Shown here: piece after piece, positions 23,546 through 36,981 of the stretch
Position numbering within the stretch: the stretch's first letter is position 1
Layout of the letters: each line of letters starts with the position of its first letter
From: Felis catus
Taxonomy: Eukaryota
Length of the DNA: 64,000 bases
Assembly: GCF_018350175.1 (NCBI RefSeq)
Contig: NC_058384.1
Span: forward strand, 34,410,001 to 34,474,000
Direction: 5' to 3'
The notes under the pieces: model-generated
The model's database searches: none
Seen by the model: only the letters and a program-made list of their open reading frames with translations
Told to the model about the DNA's origin: nothing
Program-made: the position numbers and the translations under genes

Positions 23546-25823
23546 CCTCCTCTCTGGAGTTCACTATCGTTCTTAGCTTCAGAGACCAGCTTGGCCAGTT
23601 AAGTCTTTTCTGACCTAAGCTCCACTCTGCTCCCCCCGCTCCCCACCCCCCACCCCCCACCAATCCACCTAAAGTCTTTTCTTAAGGAGTCACACCTTGA
23701 TGGCGATTTCCAAAAACAACTCCAAATTCAGGGAGAAGTTATGTTTTTCCCAATGCTCTGGTACAAAGATGGACCAGTCTCTCTCTGATTCCCACATCTA
23801 GCATTTTCTTAACTAGACTGTAACTTTTAAAGAAAAAACAAAAAACAAAAAAACGAGGCCACCGAGACTCTTGAAGTGAATGGAGAAGGAGAACAAACAA
23901 TTATTTAACACCTTCCATGTATCAGTCATTCTTTAGTTCCACCTGTCGTTCCATCCAGTTGCCCATTAGATGGTTACTAGTATCCTCCAAAGGTACAAGA
24001 CCTTAATATACAAGATAACACAGAGCCTCAGAGAAATTAAATACTTTGCCCAAGATCACATAGCTCCTATGCAGTAGACTAAAAATGTCAAACCTGTTCT
24101 TTTTCATTCCAAAGGTATGCCTTTCCCTTCGTACATATTATGTCCATAACCCCAGATCTTTCCAGTCTGTCTAATAAGCCTCCTCACATCCTGTTTCTCA
24201 CTTTCCTATTTCTTGTTCTTAAGTAGGTTCTCCCATCGGACATTTTCTTCTGGACCCTGGGTTCTAGTTCCATCTCCCCACCCCTCACACACACACACAA
24301 AAACATATTGTGCCCCCCCTTTCCTTTCTGGAGCAATGGTTTGCCCAATATAAATTTATGTTTATGTGTATGTTTATTCGATTTACATTTGCAAAGCAAC
24401 TACATTTGCATATCTCTTTTCCACAGCCACATTTCACAGAATGTTAACCAAGGCAAGAGTCCTGAGCTCAGGCTAAGGGAGCATTTTATTTGGGAGCCGG
24501 TCTTGTTCGAATGCAAATACATTGTCACATAGCATCACATTAGCAGGAAGCAGACCCTCAGGGACTGGGACACACGACAGACCAGCTTTGATAGGATGAG
24601 GGGAAAACCTTACATAAGGCAGCTGACGGGTGAGGAGACAACACAGCTCCTGGAGGTGGAGGAGAGACGGAAACCCAAACAGCCCTGGGGACCCGAGGAC
24701 ACACTCCAAGACAGACGGCAGCAGCCGAGAGAGGCAGTGAGCACATTGTTTGAAAACATGAGTAGTGAACTTCACATTTTGATTCAGTCTGGTCCTGAAA
24801 ATACCATTACCATGAACTTACCTCTAGAAAATGAATGAAAGAGAATTGGAGAAAGATGTCGTCGGAACGGGATCCTTAGAGGAGAAGCCATTGGTCACAG
24901 AAGACCTGGGTCACTGGCTGAATCTGACTAGACTGCATACACAGAGGATATCTATGAAACATCAAGCATCCAGAACAACAGACATACTTTCTTGGGTTTC
25001 TCACATCACACAGGCCTGGCATCTACCCTGGTGAGGCAGCGCAAAAGAGGGGTCTGCTCATATTAGTAAGCGTTCTGGGAGCATCTACCTTATGGGGGTT
25101 GCACCCTCCAAGCAAATACTACCTTCTAAGATTTTTTTTTCCTGGGAGTCACTGCACCCTCCCTGCCATGGGTAAAGCCTGTGGGCTTTAAGTTATGAAT
25201 AAGACAATCAACTTGACTTATAAATGCCACGATTTCAGTGTAGGCCCAAGTGCTATGACAACCGTGAGAGATTTTTAGAGATACAACTTGAAAATGCGGA
25301 TTCGCTGTGTGAGCGTATGCAGCCCAGGCATGGATGCCTGGCTGCCCTTGATAAAAGCCATAACTATTTCCACTTTCCAGCTCCACCAAAAGGACCCCTT
25401 GACCCTCTTGCTGGGACTGCATGATGTGGACAGACACACTCCAGTCTGAGCCATTACTGTCCAAACTGTCGCCACCCCTGCAGAGTGGATGCTCTTTGTG
25501 TCCCCCTTTCACCTGTAGGTGCGGCCATCCCTACTGGGTGCCTGGGCTGCGTATCTTCTCCCTTCTCTGCACATCTGCCTTCGCTTAAGCAGGAACACTG
25601 CTAACTCTGATACTCCCCTCTTCCATCTCCCCCACCGCCTCCAGAAGTACAAACCCCCAGAACCTTGCCTCGGGTGGGCCATGTTTTGTATGTAGTTTGT
25701 GCTTCAAAGATTCTCTGAGGGATCAGAGCTGAAGTGAGTGTCCAGGAAAGAACATACTCACAGCCTTTTCGCTCTCCTCCATCCTGCTTCCCCCACTCCC
25801 TTTCTCCCAAGAACATGCCTCCC

Positions 25824-26440
25824 AAAATGGAATCGATATGGATATAGATGACAGATATAGATACCTATAGATACAGATGATATAGATATAGATATAGATA
25901 TAGATATAGATATAGATATAGATATAGGTACAATGCAATACTATTCAACCATGAGAGAGAAGGAGATTCTGCCATTTGCAAGAACATGGATGGACCTTGA
26001 AGGCGTTACGCTCAGTGACATAAGCCACACGCACCAAGGCAAATACTGTATGCTCTCACACGTGAAGTCTTAAAAAGTTGAACTATAGAGACAGAGCAAA
26101 ATGGTAGTTACCAAGGCATGGGGGGCTGAGAGAAAAGGGGAGACGTTGGTCGAAGGGTACACGCTTCCGCTCAGAGGAGAAGCCCTGGGGATCCGATGCA
26201 CCGCATTGTGATTATAGATAAAAATACTGTGCTACATACTTGAAAGTCGCAAAGAGAGTAGATCTTAAATATTCTCACCACAGAAAAGAAACAGTAATTA
26301 TGTGATGTGATGGAGGTGTTAGCTAACACTAACATTGTAATTGCATTGCAATATATAAGTGTATAAAATCAGCACTGTGTACACATTAAACTTACACAAT
26401 GTTTTATGTCAATTAAATCTCAATAAATCTGGGGGAAAAA
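25824..26440 (+). mobile_element. LINE-1 3' end (L1MA/L1MB-like), 5'-truncated
   Basis: ctgccatttgcaagaacatggatggaccttga; aagagagtagatcttaaatattctcaccac; ends ctcaataaatctgggggaaaaa. Confidence 0.92.
25879..25926. repeat. (GATATA)8 hexanucleotide repeat with degenerate 5' flank from about 25835
   Basis: Direct. Confidence 0.95.
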
Positions 26441-27332
26441 CCCATTTGGACCAGGATCCTCATCTCAGGCTCTCTCTTCTAGGGAACACCCCTGGTGGCA
26501 ATCGCCCCCCCACCCCACCCCAGACTGGACAAATTTGTTCTGGAGCCCTGGCCCGGGCAACACCCAAACCTTCTCCAACCCCACTCGGTCCTGCCTGCCC
26601 CCCACCCTCAGCGGGAGACTCTGTGTGCAGGGTGGGGGGAGCCGTGCTCTGTCCCGGGCACAGACACCCACTGAAGACACAGGAGGAGGCTGGGTTTCCC
26701 TCTGCTCTCGTCAAGTCTGTGTCCTCTGCTGAAGAAGAGTCTGCTCTGGGGTTCACGTACAGAATTAAGAAGTGAGTTTTTGACCTGACTGAACCCCTCT
26801 GGCTGTTCCTCCTACCCTTAGAGGCAGGGAAGGTCCGCCAGGAAAACCCAAGTTGTCAAGTCTGCACGGGAGAGAGGCCAACCCCAGCTCCCCAGCTGAA
26901 TCATTTGTACCCAACACTAAATAAAGTGCCCTGACATCTCTTTTAACGGTTCCCTCCTCGCCGGCAGCTGGGACGAGGGTGGCCATGCTCCTGTGAATGA
27001 ATCGGTGACAAAAAACAGACTCTGTCAGAAAATTGGGAAAACAGAGACACGTTTATGGAGCTACTAGGTGCTCGGGAAGTAACACCCCTTGCTTCCCCTC
27101 TCTGGTTTAGAAGAAAGAAGGCTCCAAAAACGACTGAAGATCAAAATATCACCTCCATCTTTGAGAGGTTGCACCGAAAACAAGACCCTCCCCAACATGG
27201 CTTGCCAGCACTTAATCCCCGAAGTCTACAACTTACCTACCCCATTAGGAGGCCCTTCAGAGCGGGAGAGAGGAGGAAGCATTACTCTATCTGTGGTTTG
27301 ACTCTTTTCAATCATTATTACTAAATTTCCCT

Positions 27333-27388
27333 GGGGAGTAGGGAGTAGGGGGCGTTTGGGGGAGTAGGGGGGAGTAGGGGGCGTTTGG
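27333..27388 (+). repeat. G-rich tandem duplication (GGAGTAGGG units)
   Basis: Two copies of G4-5AGTAG3-6AGTAG5CGTTT. Confidence 0.85.
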
Positions 27389-28356
27389 TGCACAGGAGTA
27401 AGGGACGCTCAGCGTCCTATGACAGCAGGGACACAGCCACACAGGAATGAACCTCCCCACCCCCGATGACTGTAGCCGCCCCCCGGGGGAACCAGAAGTC
27501 CCCCTGTGTGAAGACACAAGGCAGGGAGCACGAGGCCACCGCCACCCTCACCTACACACGTGGTCTGTCCCCTGTAGACCACACACAGCACAGTCAACCA
27601 GGGAGAGGCAGTGCCGGTTCCACAATCTTGGAAACCCCAGGAGACACAGAGCCCTGTAGAGGAAGGCATTGTTCAGTGCACTTCATGGAGCGCCTAACTC
27701 CGGTCTCCATCGGACGTCAGGTGGCCTGCGGCCTTTCCTGAGAGAAGAACACAACCCAGAGGCAGCAGCTCGGGGCCGTTTGCGCTGAGAGTGGCTGTCC
27801 GCTACCTGGGAGTGCTCACCTCCCTTTCTTCCTTCCGTTTTCTCTCTCCCTTTTCCTGAGGACCGAGGTTCGTCTCCGTGAGGTTAACTGCTTGCCCGCC
27901 ATTGTGCCCAAGACTCCCTCTGTCAGCTCCCTCTGCTTAAGGACCAAGGGTGTCAGAAGGTGAATTTCTACCAATGCTGCTTTCGCATACCTCCTCCCTT
28001 GTTTCTTTCCTGCTTTCCAAAAAGGCTAATGTTCCCTTGGCGTATGGCCTTTAGGGAGCTGGGGCTGGAAGCAAGTATTCCCAGAACCGTTGTTCAGTCA
28101 TCGAATTCTGCACACATTACTGTGTCTGGCCACATTAACGGGGTTATAAATATGTCTGGTAGGAGTCTGAAGTTGAGAATTGACTACTCAAATAAACATG
28201 CTTATTATTGGAGCCCCGAGAGGGGCTGCAACGACGCGCAGAGAGCTCATGCGCATCATTGTCACCTTCATATTTCCTAATCTTACCTACTTTCATTTCG
28301 TGCCACATGAAAAATGGATGGGGAGCAACCTCCTATTCGTGATGAGTTTCCTCTTT

Positions 28357-28575
28357 TTTATTTTTTTAAGTGTATTTACTTTTGACAGAGAGAGAGAAAG
28401 AGAGAGAGCACGAGTTGGGGAGAGGCAGAGAGAGAGGGAGACACAGAATCGGAAGCCGGCTCCAGGCTCCGAGCCGTCAGCCCGGAGCCCGACGCGGGGC
28501 TCGAACTCACAGACCGCGAGGTCAGGACCCGAGACGAAGTCGGGCGCTCAACCGACTGAGCCACCCAGGGGCCCC
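28357..28575 (-). mobile_element. Felid Can-SINE
   Basis: TSD gtgatgMgtttcctcttt at 28339-28356 and 28576-28593. Confidence 0.96.
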
Positions 28576-29069
28576 GTGATGCGTTTCCTCTTTAAATATT
28601 CTTTCCCCCACCTGCTGCTTCCATGAGAGTGACATCAGCGTGTCAGAACCACTCCCACCAGGCCAGGCCAGCCACAGAGATGAAACCGACGTCGGTGGCC
28701 CAGGAGACACGGCAGGCCTTGGCCCTCCGCGGACATCAGGAATGAGCCGGCGCTCAGGAAGTCAGCCAACAGGCCTAGGAAAGCTGCCCGTGCACAGCCT
28801 TTCCCGGCATCTCAGTGATTGAGTAAGATGCTGGCAGAGGAAAGTTTGTAGATAAAAGGAACTATGGAAGCCCATTGGTTTTGTATTTATTTACATGACT
28901 GGTTTAGAAAGTCTTTCTGAAATCGTCCTCTATATCGGGCTCTTGGGTTTGGTAATATATGCATTTCATAATACCAGACACTTGGTTTTGTCCTGGAAAT
29001 TTGAGCCAAACATTTTAAGATCGTTGGTTACTCCAGACAAGGTTGTGCAAATATTTCGTCAAAAGGCCT

Positions 29070-29305
29070 AATAATAATCACAGTGACCCCTAACTACTAT
29101 TGACCATTTAAGATGTGCCTGGCAGTATCTGGAGCTCTTTAGAGAAACTGATTCATTTAATCCTTGCAGGACAATGCCCACCGTGCAGATGAGGAAACGG
29201 AGGCAACAGATCAGAAAAGTAAGGTACTTACGAGTGGCAGGCAAAGATTCCAACCAGGGCAGACAGGCTCTGGAGCCCTAACACTTAGCCAGGTTACTGT
29301 GCTAT
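29070..29305 (-). mobile_element. MIR
   Basis: tcatttaatcct...gcagatgaggaaacggaggca...tctggagccc. Confidence 0.75.
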
Positions 29306-30287
29306 TTCTCGTTTAAGGCCATAAACAAGCTTAGTGTATGAACAGAATCAAATAATGTTAGGGCCCTTTTAAAATACCTAGTCCAGTTGTCTATCCCAAA
29401 TGCCTACCTTAATGGATAAGTAACATCTATGCATAAATCCAGAAAGGTGTAGGGAGGCCAATGAATTGCGGAGTGTGAGAGCCGCCTAAATTGTTTTTGT
29501 AAAACACTTTACTTTAAATAAAAATGCCCCGAGGCTGAATTCTGCCAGCTGGCTGCCAATATGGGAACCCTGGTTCTAGTCCAAAATTTTGCACACAGTA
29601 CAACTGCAGCCCAGAGAGGGAAAGTGGTTTGCACAAGGTCACACATCAATAGTGACAGAAGTAAGGCTATAAGGCAAGACTCGCGGTCTAGCACCTTTCT
29701 CCCTGCCTTACACCAAAATCGTTCTCGACCCCTACTTCCCTATCCCTTTCCCTCCCCCTTACTACCCGGCTCTCTTATGCACAAGCAGCAAGGCTTTTAT
29801 TCTATTTGCAAAGTAAATAGAGCTGAGATACAGATTACTCTCAAGCATCGAAGCTTTTATCCAATATAAACAGAATCAGGGTAACTTGTTCCCGCTCACT
29901 CCTTTCTCGCACAGACCACAGGCTCCACGCCAGCCCTTGCCCGATTAAGCAGAAGGCAGATAGAACTCAGGCATCCTGGCCAGACCGGGGAACACTGTAT
30001 ACATCCAGTGCAAGCAGGGAGATGCACTTAAAATTTCCTTCTTCCTTCTCCTTTCCCGCTGATTCTCCAGGGGGGGAATGAAACCTGGATTGTCACATCA
30101 TGGAGGAGTCAGCTGTGGACCGGGGGTCCGTGGGGAGATCTGGGTTCTCCCACGGCCTCCTTGAGTCTCAACTAACTTATCCACAGTGATGCAAGGATTA
30201 AATGGTTTCATAGAGAATAAAGATCTGAAATATGGTGTATTATCAAAGTCTCTATTCTCTGCTTCTGAGAGTTCCTAAACTAGCGTG

Positions 30288-30312
30288 CACACACACACAC
30301 ACACACACACAC
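30288..30312. repeat. (CA)12 microsatellite
   Basis: Direct. Confidence 0.95.
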
Positions 30313-33300
30313 GGCTTCATGTATTCATACCTATGGAAAATAATACACGTGGTTGGGAAGTTGCAGGCTTCTAACAACAGAGCTCTCATTGTCCAAGAGA
30401 CTATTTTTTAGAACTAACTCATCCTGAGAATGATATTAGGGGCTCTGGCAAATTCAGTGTAACTTTAACAGTAGCAAATCGTCATTTGCTGAGGGTGAAT
30501 TGATTTGATCTTTGGTAACAGCCAAAAGCCTGTCTGAGCTCTGGTGGATAAAGTTGGAACACAAGACCGTTCGAGGCTTTGTTATGGGGAGACAGGGTGG
30601 CTCACCGAAAAGGACTCGGGACTCTGTGGCTGATGATCTGGATTTATCCTCCACTCAGATACTTCCCAGACCTATGACTGAGGGAGACCCACAGCTTCTC
30701 TCAATCTCAGTTTCCTCATCTTTGAAACGAAAACGGTAGCTCGGCCTTCCGAGAATATTTATGAAGATCAAATGATAACATATGCGAGAGTGTTCTCTAC
30801 ACCATAGCGCCTAAATGTCAATTTTAAACAGTCGTTGTTTCTCTAAGAGATGGGGGGTGATAAGTAAATTAAGTCTGAGGCAGTTTCTATAATGTCAAGT
30901 CATTGTAATGGGAGCAAGGACAAGAACATCACTGTAGAGTTCCCAGAGAGACAACTTAAATCCCTAATCTCACGTCTGTACATTTCATTCGGTTAGCCAG
31001 TCCACAAATGTTCTTCGAGGACCCAGAAGTGCCAAACTGTATCAGACACAGGGATACCAAGTCACATGCCCATCGCTTCTCTTCCTCTGAAAGCTTCCCA
31101 TAGAACGTGACTAGACATCTCACGTTTACGTTTCATTTATCTCATTACCTTATAGTTAGACATAGCATTAAAAAACGATAGTGCAGAGCGACTTGAGAAG
31201 CTTCCCCAGGCTCTCAAGTGTCTACAAAATGTTTTGAAAAGGAAAAGGTGCTCCCGTAATGTGTCTCAACGGAAAGCAGGAACAAGAGTACGAACGAGGA
31301 TCACAGATATGGCAGAATAAAGGGTGCAGGGAGAGAGTTTCAAGAAGGAAGCACGAGTGGAATCAAGGGAGTAGTGCCCTCCGCAGCTCCAGAGTAACTC
31401 CCTTACCAGAAATCACTCACCTTCTTTTCCCCATCTGTCCTCTAGTGCTGTAACCCAGATGGGAGTGGCCACTATACCAGGTAGGGGAGCCGCCATTTTT
31501 AAAATGTCTCCTCTAGACCCGGTCTAATTTTATTTTAGATTTTTCCGTATCATGGAGAGTGATTTGCTGTAGCCTGCAGGAAGAGCAGGTAGGAGGCCTG
31601 CACAGCTTTCGTCATGTCAGTCTCCCCCTCCAACCCCATTCCCTCATGTGTAAAATAAAGGACTAGAGCCAAATGACCACCAAGGTCCCTTTGTGCTCTG
31701 CGATTCATAGAGGATGGCAGCACAGTGACCTGAAGGAGTCCATTTACCTTGAAGAATATTTGAAAACTCACATCAGCATAGGTGAGACAGGATAGAAGGA
31801 GAAACACCCTTACCCCTTCCCAAGAAGACAAAGCTGCCCATCATCTGCCTTTAATCTGTTTTCTTAATTTTCTTCCTAAGAAAGCCGCAGCTCCAATCAG
31901 CCCTCTAATCAATGGCTGCACCACTTCTACACAAATGAGCTGGATTTATTAAAGGAGTCCTCTCTTCGATGGAAATGGGCTCCCTGCTGGGGCTGCAAAT
32001 ACAGGCGAAGATTGACTGCTCCCAGAATAGGTAAAAATGTAAAGAAAGTGACAGCAGGCAAGTGATGGGCAAGGGGGCACTCAAGGGCTCTGTATGAACA
32101 CCCCACCACCATGACCCTGCACGGATGGCCACCGTGGGAGCCTGGACATCTGCCTCTGATTTATGCCAACCCTGGGCACAGAGACCAAGAGTGACTCAGG
32201 CAAGCATCCTCCTACACTTCCCTACACCCTAGGGAAAGAAGTTCGCCCAGACACAGACTAAAGGAGAGACGCTTCCAAATGGAGAACCTCACAGAAACCA
32301 AGAGTTTATCGGCTATCAGAGCCGGAAAGGGCCTTTGAGGATGATGTATAGCCATGTATTGAAGGGCTGTTCTGTTAAAGAACCTCAATATTTCTGAACA
32401 GCCAGAAGCAGAAGAAATTAATACTTCAATCATGTAAGAAATGATTCATATTCGATAAAAACTAGGTATTTATGTATTCATATTTGGGCGCTGAGAGCTC
32501 CTTGTTAATAAGAAGCAGACACTTTATGAAACTTTCAGTTATCTATGCAGGAGAAGCCAATGGAGATGCTTGGGACAAGGAAAATTCAATCTGTGCTACA
32601 AAAGTCAAGCTCTGCCTTCACTGTGGATAGATTTTTATTTCTGGAAATCAGTATTATGTTTCAGGGGGCCAGTGATGGGGAAATCGATTTCTTATTCATT
32701 TTCCCCAGAAACCTCGGAGAAGTCGGAAAGGCCCGGACCCAGGAGAGAATGTGAACAAAGGCACTCGCGTGGGAGGCAGGTCCTTGGCCCCAGTAACAAG
32801 GAAGACACAGAAGAGAGAAAGAGAAAGAGAGAGCATGCAATGCACGCATGCCAGAATTAGCATCCTGTGCTATGAACAATAGATGCCAAGTTGCTTAGTA
32901 TCCTGTTCTAAAATTTTCTATTCTTAGTGGTAATTTCCTTCTGTTACCCTCAAACCTCAGTTTTGTTCTACACGTCAGCCTGGGAGAGAGCAGTCTGGGG
33001 AAACAAACCATTTACAAGATGGTAAGGAGAATCAACAGAGCAGAGATCCAGAGCGAGATAGATGTGTCTGTGATGAGGATCAACCAGGATGAGTTTGCGG
33101 AATATGCAAACGTTCCTCAGATAAACCTCCCTTCAAAAATATGGAGAGGGCAGCCTGGTAGGGGGCTTGACTTCCTCTAGTTAAGTAGAAAAAGAAGGCT
33201 GGTGCTAATTTTCAATAATAAAGGGAGGGCTGGCAAGCCTCTGAGGCTGGGTAACTCAACGTCATCTGGCCCCCATAGGGAACAAAGACCAGAGGGTGTC

Positions 33301-35844
33301 GTTCAGGGACTTGTCCAGGATCACGCAGCTGGTTAGAGACAGAGACACATTCAGACAGAGACTGTGTGATTCTTAACCTTGAGTTCTCTGTAACGCTAGA
33401 CTCACCACACCTCGCCCCACCTTACCAAGTCCAGCCAAGATCAACTTACCACCCGGACAGCCGGAGTGGGGAGAGAGAGGACGGAAACAAGAGGGAAGGG
33501 GAGGGGATTCGTTCAATCTTTAGGAGAAGGATGCTTTCTAGAGTTACTCTGGTTGCTCACCTTTTTCTTGACCGGGGTGGGGCGGGGGGTGGAGAATACA
33601 GAAAAGCCCCAGCAAGCTTTTAGCCCCACTCCAGGAAGTAGTTTGGGGACTAACCTGTGTACATCTTCTCTCCACATGGCTTCCATCACCCTTCCAGCCG
33701 TCTTAACCTTCCGTTACCCTTGGCCGTCTTAAACCTCTAAAATGATTAGACCGAGAAACTATAGCACCCTCCTAGTCTCCGTTCCATTCTGTCTGATGCC
33801 GTCCTAATCTCCTTTGTGTGAACCTAATGTCCCCAGCACTCCCAGCCTTCAGGGCCGGACCCGGATCCCAGGGCGCACGCCAGACCCCGCGTTTCTCTCG
33901 CATAAAACGCCTAGCAGAGCTGGAAACAAGCGAATCGTGCTCATTAAATACGTGCTTGATTACTCTGAGAGAAGTTGCAAAACGTCTCATGGTACAGACG
34001 CTTAAATCATAGAGGGAAAAATTTAAAGGTGGCAAAAGGAGACTCCGTTTTCCAACCTGAAAGATGGACAGGGAGAGATTTCCGTGGCATCTTGCAAATT
34101 CCTTCTTATCTGAGATGTGTCATTCGGGGAACAAGGTGTAGCTATTATATCCACCGACCACAATTTGCAGTGGACATTCTCGTACGGGGGCTTTTTCTTT
34201 CTGCCTGACGTCTCCTCCTCTCCCCTCCGGCCTACAGCTTTACAAGAGCCTCGCCACTCAGAGGGCCCAGGCTGTGACCAAGGCCTTGAAGGGGAGGGTG
34301 GCTGCTTTGTGCTGCCTTTATTTTTGCTTTGTTTCGACTGAAACTCTGAGTCTGAAAGTGAGGAATGGGGGTTCCGCGTGCCCTTGAGGTTGCAGATGCT
34401 GTCAGAACACAGAGTTTGCGTTGCCTCTTAGGAGGGGAACAGTCAGCATCTGGGCCAGAAGTGGGTGACAGACGCGGCTGGAAGACATTGCTCAGGCAGG
34501 TGAGGATGTGAAGGAATGTGTCAGTTGTTCGCCCTCCCCCGTAGCTTCTTCCCCAAACCTACCAGCTAATGCCCCCCTTTGTGTCCGTGTATCATTAAAA
34601 TGTAACCCATAACATAAAACGCCACCCCCAAAAGTCCCCAGGTGACTATGGGAGTCATAAAACCCCCTTTTGGAGGACTTGAATTTTAAGCTGTCTCCTC
34701 TCCTCATTGCAAAATATCCTGGAGAGGTGCAGGGAGGAGGCGGGGACCCACTCCGGGGGTCTTCATCTGCTGGGGAGATGATGACAAAAGATTGCAGAGG
34801 AGCAATCTTGCCCCGGCCTCAAATACCCACGACAAAGCCTTTCGCCCGGCATTATGCAGCACTTAACCTTTTCCACTTGAAAAGCAGATTCCAAATTTAT
34901 TTTTTGTCAAGCCGGGTCACAGCTCCAGAGCCCTAGCAGAGAGGAGCCGCATGCGGCATTCATCCTTTCCGTGCTGGCAAATCTAAGCGGAGCTAAAGAC
35001 AGACCCTACTCTGTCCCCTCTCCTCTGACCTTCACTTCTGAAAGCCACTTACTTTCAAGGTGAGCAAGTCTCGTCTTGGAACCAATTAAATATACATACC
35101 ACAGTGAGCGGAGTCTTCTTGAAAGCGTGTGCAAGGGGAGTACCAAGAAAGAGGAAGCATCTCAGAATGAATTATTGATCAAGATTTCTCTCATACACAT
35201 ACACATGAACAAGGGTCTGGCATCCCCAGCCTGGGGAGATTGCATCTGGTGCGGTCTTCACGGGGTTAAGAAAGATAACCTCTTTGCTCTAAACTCTATT
35301 CATTTCGTGGATGGGAAACGCATTTACATCTCTGTGTATCTCCTTTTGTTTGGTTTTCCAAGAAAGCCTGAATCAGCAGATCTCAGAAGAAAGCTAACAC
35401 ATCTGACAGGCTTAGAGAAATGATGTGTGCCACGCGAAAAAATTAATTGAAAAAAAAAAAAAACCACTTTTCACTTATAGAGCAGTTTTTATCCCAGTCT
35501 TTTTAAACAGGTTACGGGTATTAATTAAATGTTGTCATGCATCACTTGTTACCTTGGTTCTATTAATGCAAGTGGAAACACCAGGTTTGCTTACTGTTGG
35601 AGGTGGAAACTGAGGCAGTGTGCAAGGACAGACAAAATAGCCCCTGAAGAAGTGAAGGGAACGTCTATATGGACCACCGTAATCTCATTCATCTCGTGAG
35701 AACATGGAGAGGAGAACCAGGTACAGGTCACAGGAATCCTGCCGGCCTCACTCCTATTGGTCGCCATTTTCTGCTAACCCCGTCAACTGAGCAGTCTTCT
35801 CACAGGTCAACTTAGTGGCCATTACCAAAGAATCCATGATCGAC

Positions 35845-36366
35845 GGGTGTGGAACCAGTTACCACAAGAGTATAAGCTGAAACAACACACATTACCGTCT
35901 CGTGTTCTGCGGGTCAGGAATCCAGGCATGACTCAGCTGGGTCCTCGACTCCAGGTCTTGAATGGCCACATTCAAGGTGCTGGCCAGGGCCCTGTTCCCA
36001 CCTGGACATCAGCTGAGGAAGGGTCTATGTGGTTTGGGCAGCATTCTGTCCCATGCTGCTATTTTGTGCTGGCAATTCCTAAAGGCCACCCACCATTCTT
36101 CATCACGTGCCCTTCCTCGGCAAGGCCCGCGTAGTCGCTGTTGGCAAGGGGGGCATCTAGAAGCGATATCGAGACCGAGTCTTATATAGGATGATGTCAT
36201 TACATTACGTGCTTCGTGATTACAAAGGGGGCATCCCATCCCTTCGCCGTATTCCGTTGGTCAGCAGGAAGGCACAGGTCCCCCAAGCTGAGGAAACTGC
36301 ACAAGGAAGGGTGTGGATGCCAGGAGGCAGGGAACTTGGGTGTCACGCTGGAGTCTGTCAGCCACA
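35845..36366 (-). mobile_element. MaLR solo LTR, MLT1F-like
   Basis: gttctgcgggtcaggaatccaggcatgactcagctgggtcctc; ends caggaggcagggaacttggg...tctgtcagccaca. Confidence 0.8.
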
Positions 36367-36796
36367 CCCGGGAATCTGAAGCAGAAGCCCCTTCATGCCT
36401 GTAAGTTTTGTGGTAGGCTTTCGGGGGGGAAAAAAATGGAAAGAAAGAAAGGTAAGGAGTTGGTCAGATTATTTGATATTATTATCTATCTGGCAGAAAA
36501 CAGGAGGAACTCAGAGGAACACTGAACCCATACAAAACCAGGTGCTTAATAAAGACCTCAGGGAAACCCTAGGACTTTAGCTCATTAATTGAGATATATA
36601 GGATTCACACACTCAGCTAGCATCCGGAATGCTAAAATGGCCGCCTTCGCATCCTCTTTGTTAGTTCAGGGAAAAAAAAGGAAGGATAAATGAGGGAAGT
36701 TGAGTTCAATTCAATAAAGGTTTAACTGAGTGCCTACTCTTTGCTCACAATATCCTAAAAGCTAGGCACGAGACACAGGATGCTTTTACACCGGGG

Positions 36797-36979
36797 TGAT
36801 GTTTCTTCAGGTGTACTCCTCAGCTGGATCCAAGCCACCTGCAGGGTGTGGGATGAAAGGAAAATTTCTGGGTGCCATCTCAGACCTACGGAGCCAACTC
36901 TCTGGTCGTGGAACCCAGAAATCTGCATTTGAACAAGAACCCTGGGGAATCTCCGTCACAGTGAGGTTTGAGGCAGGTG
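36797..36979 (+). mobile_element. MER5A-like MITE
   Basis: ctcagacctacggagccaactctctgg...cccagaaatctgcatttgaacaag. Confidence 0.7.
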
Positions 36980-36981
36980 GA

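Noticed and set aside
24596-25034. Two consecutive Glu-rich ORFs with protein-like composition
   Set aside because: No family recognised and no convincing splice structure; only a TBLASTN or PhyloCSF signal would revive it.
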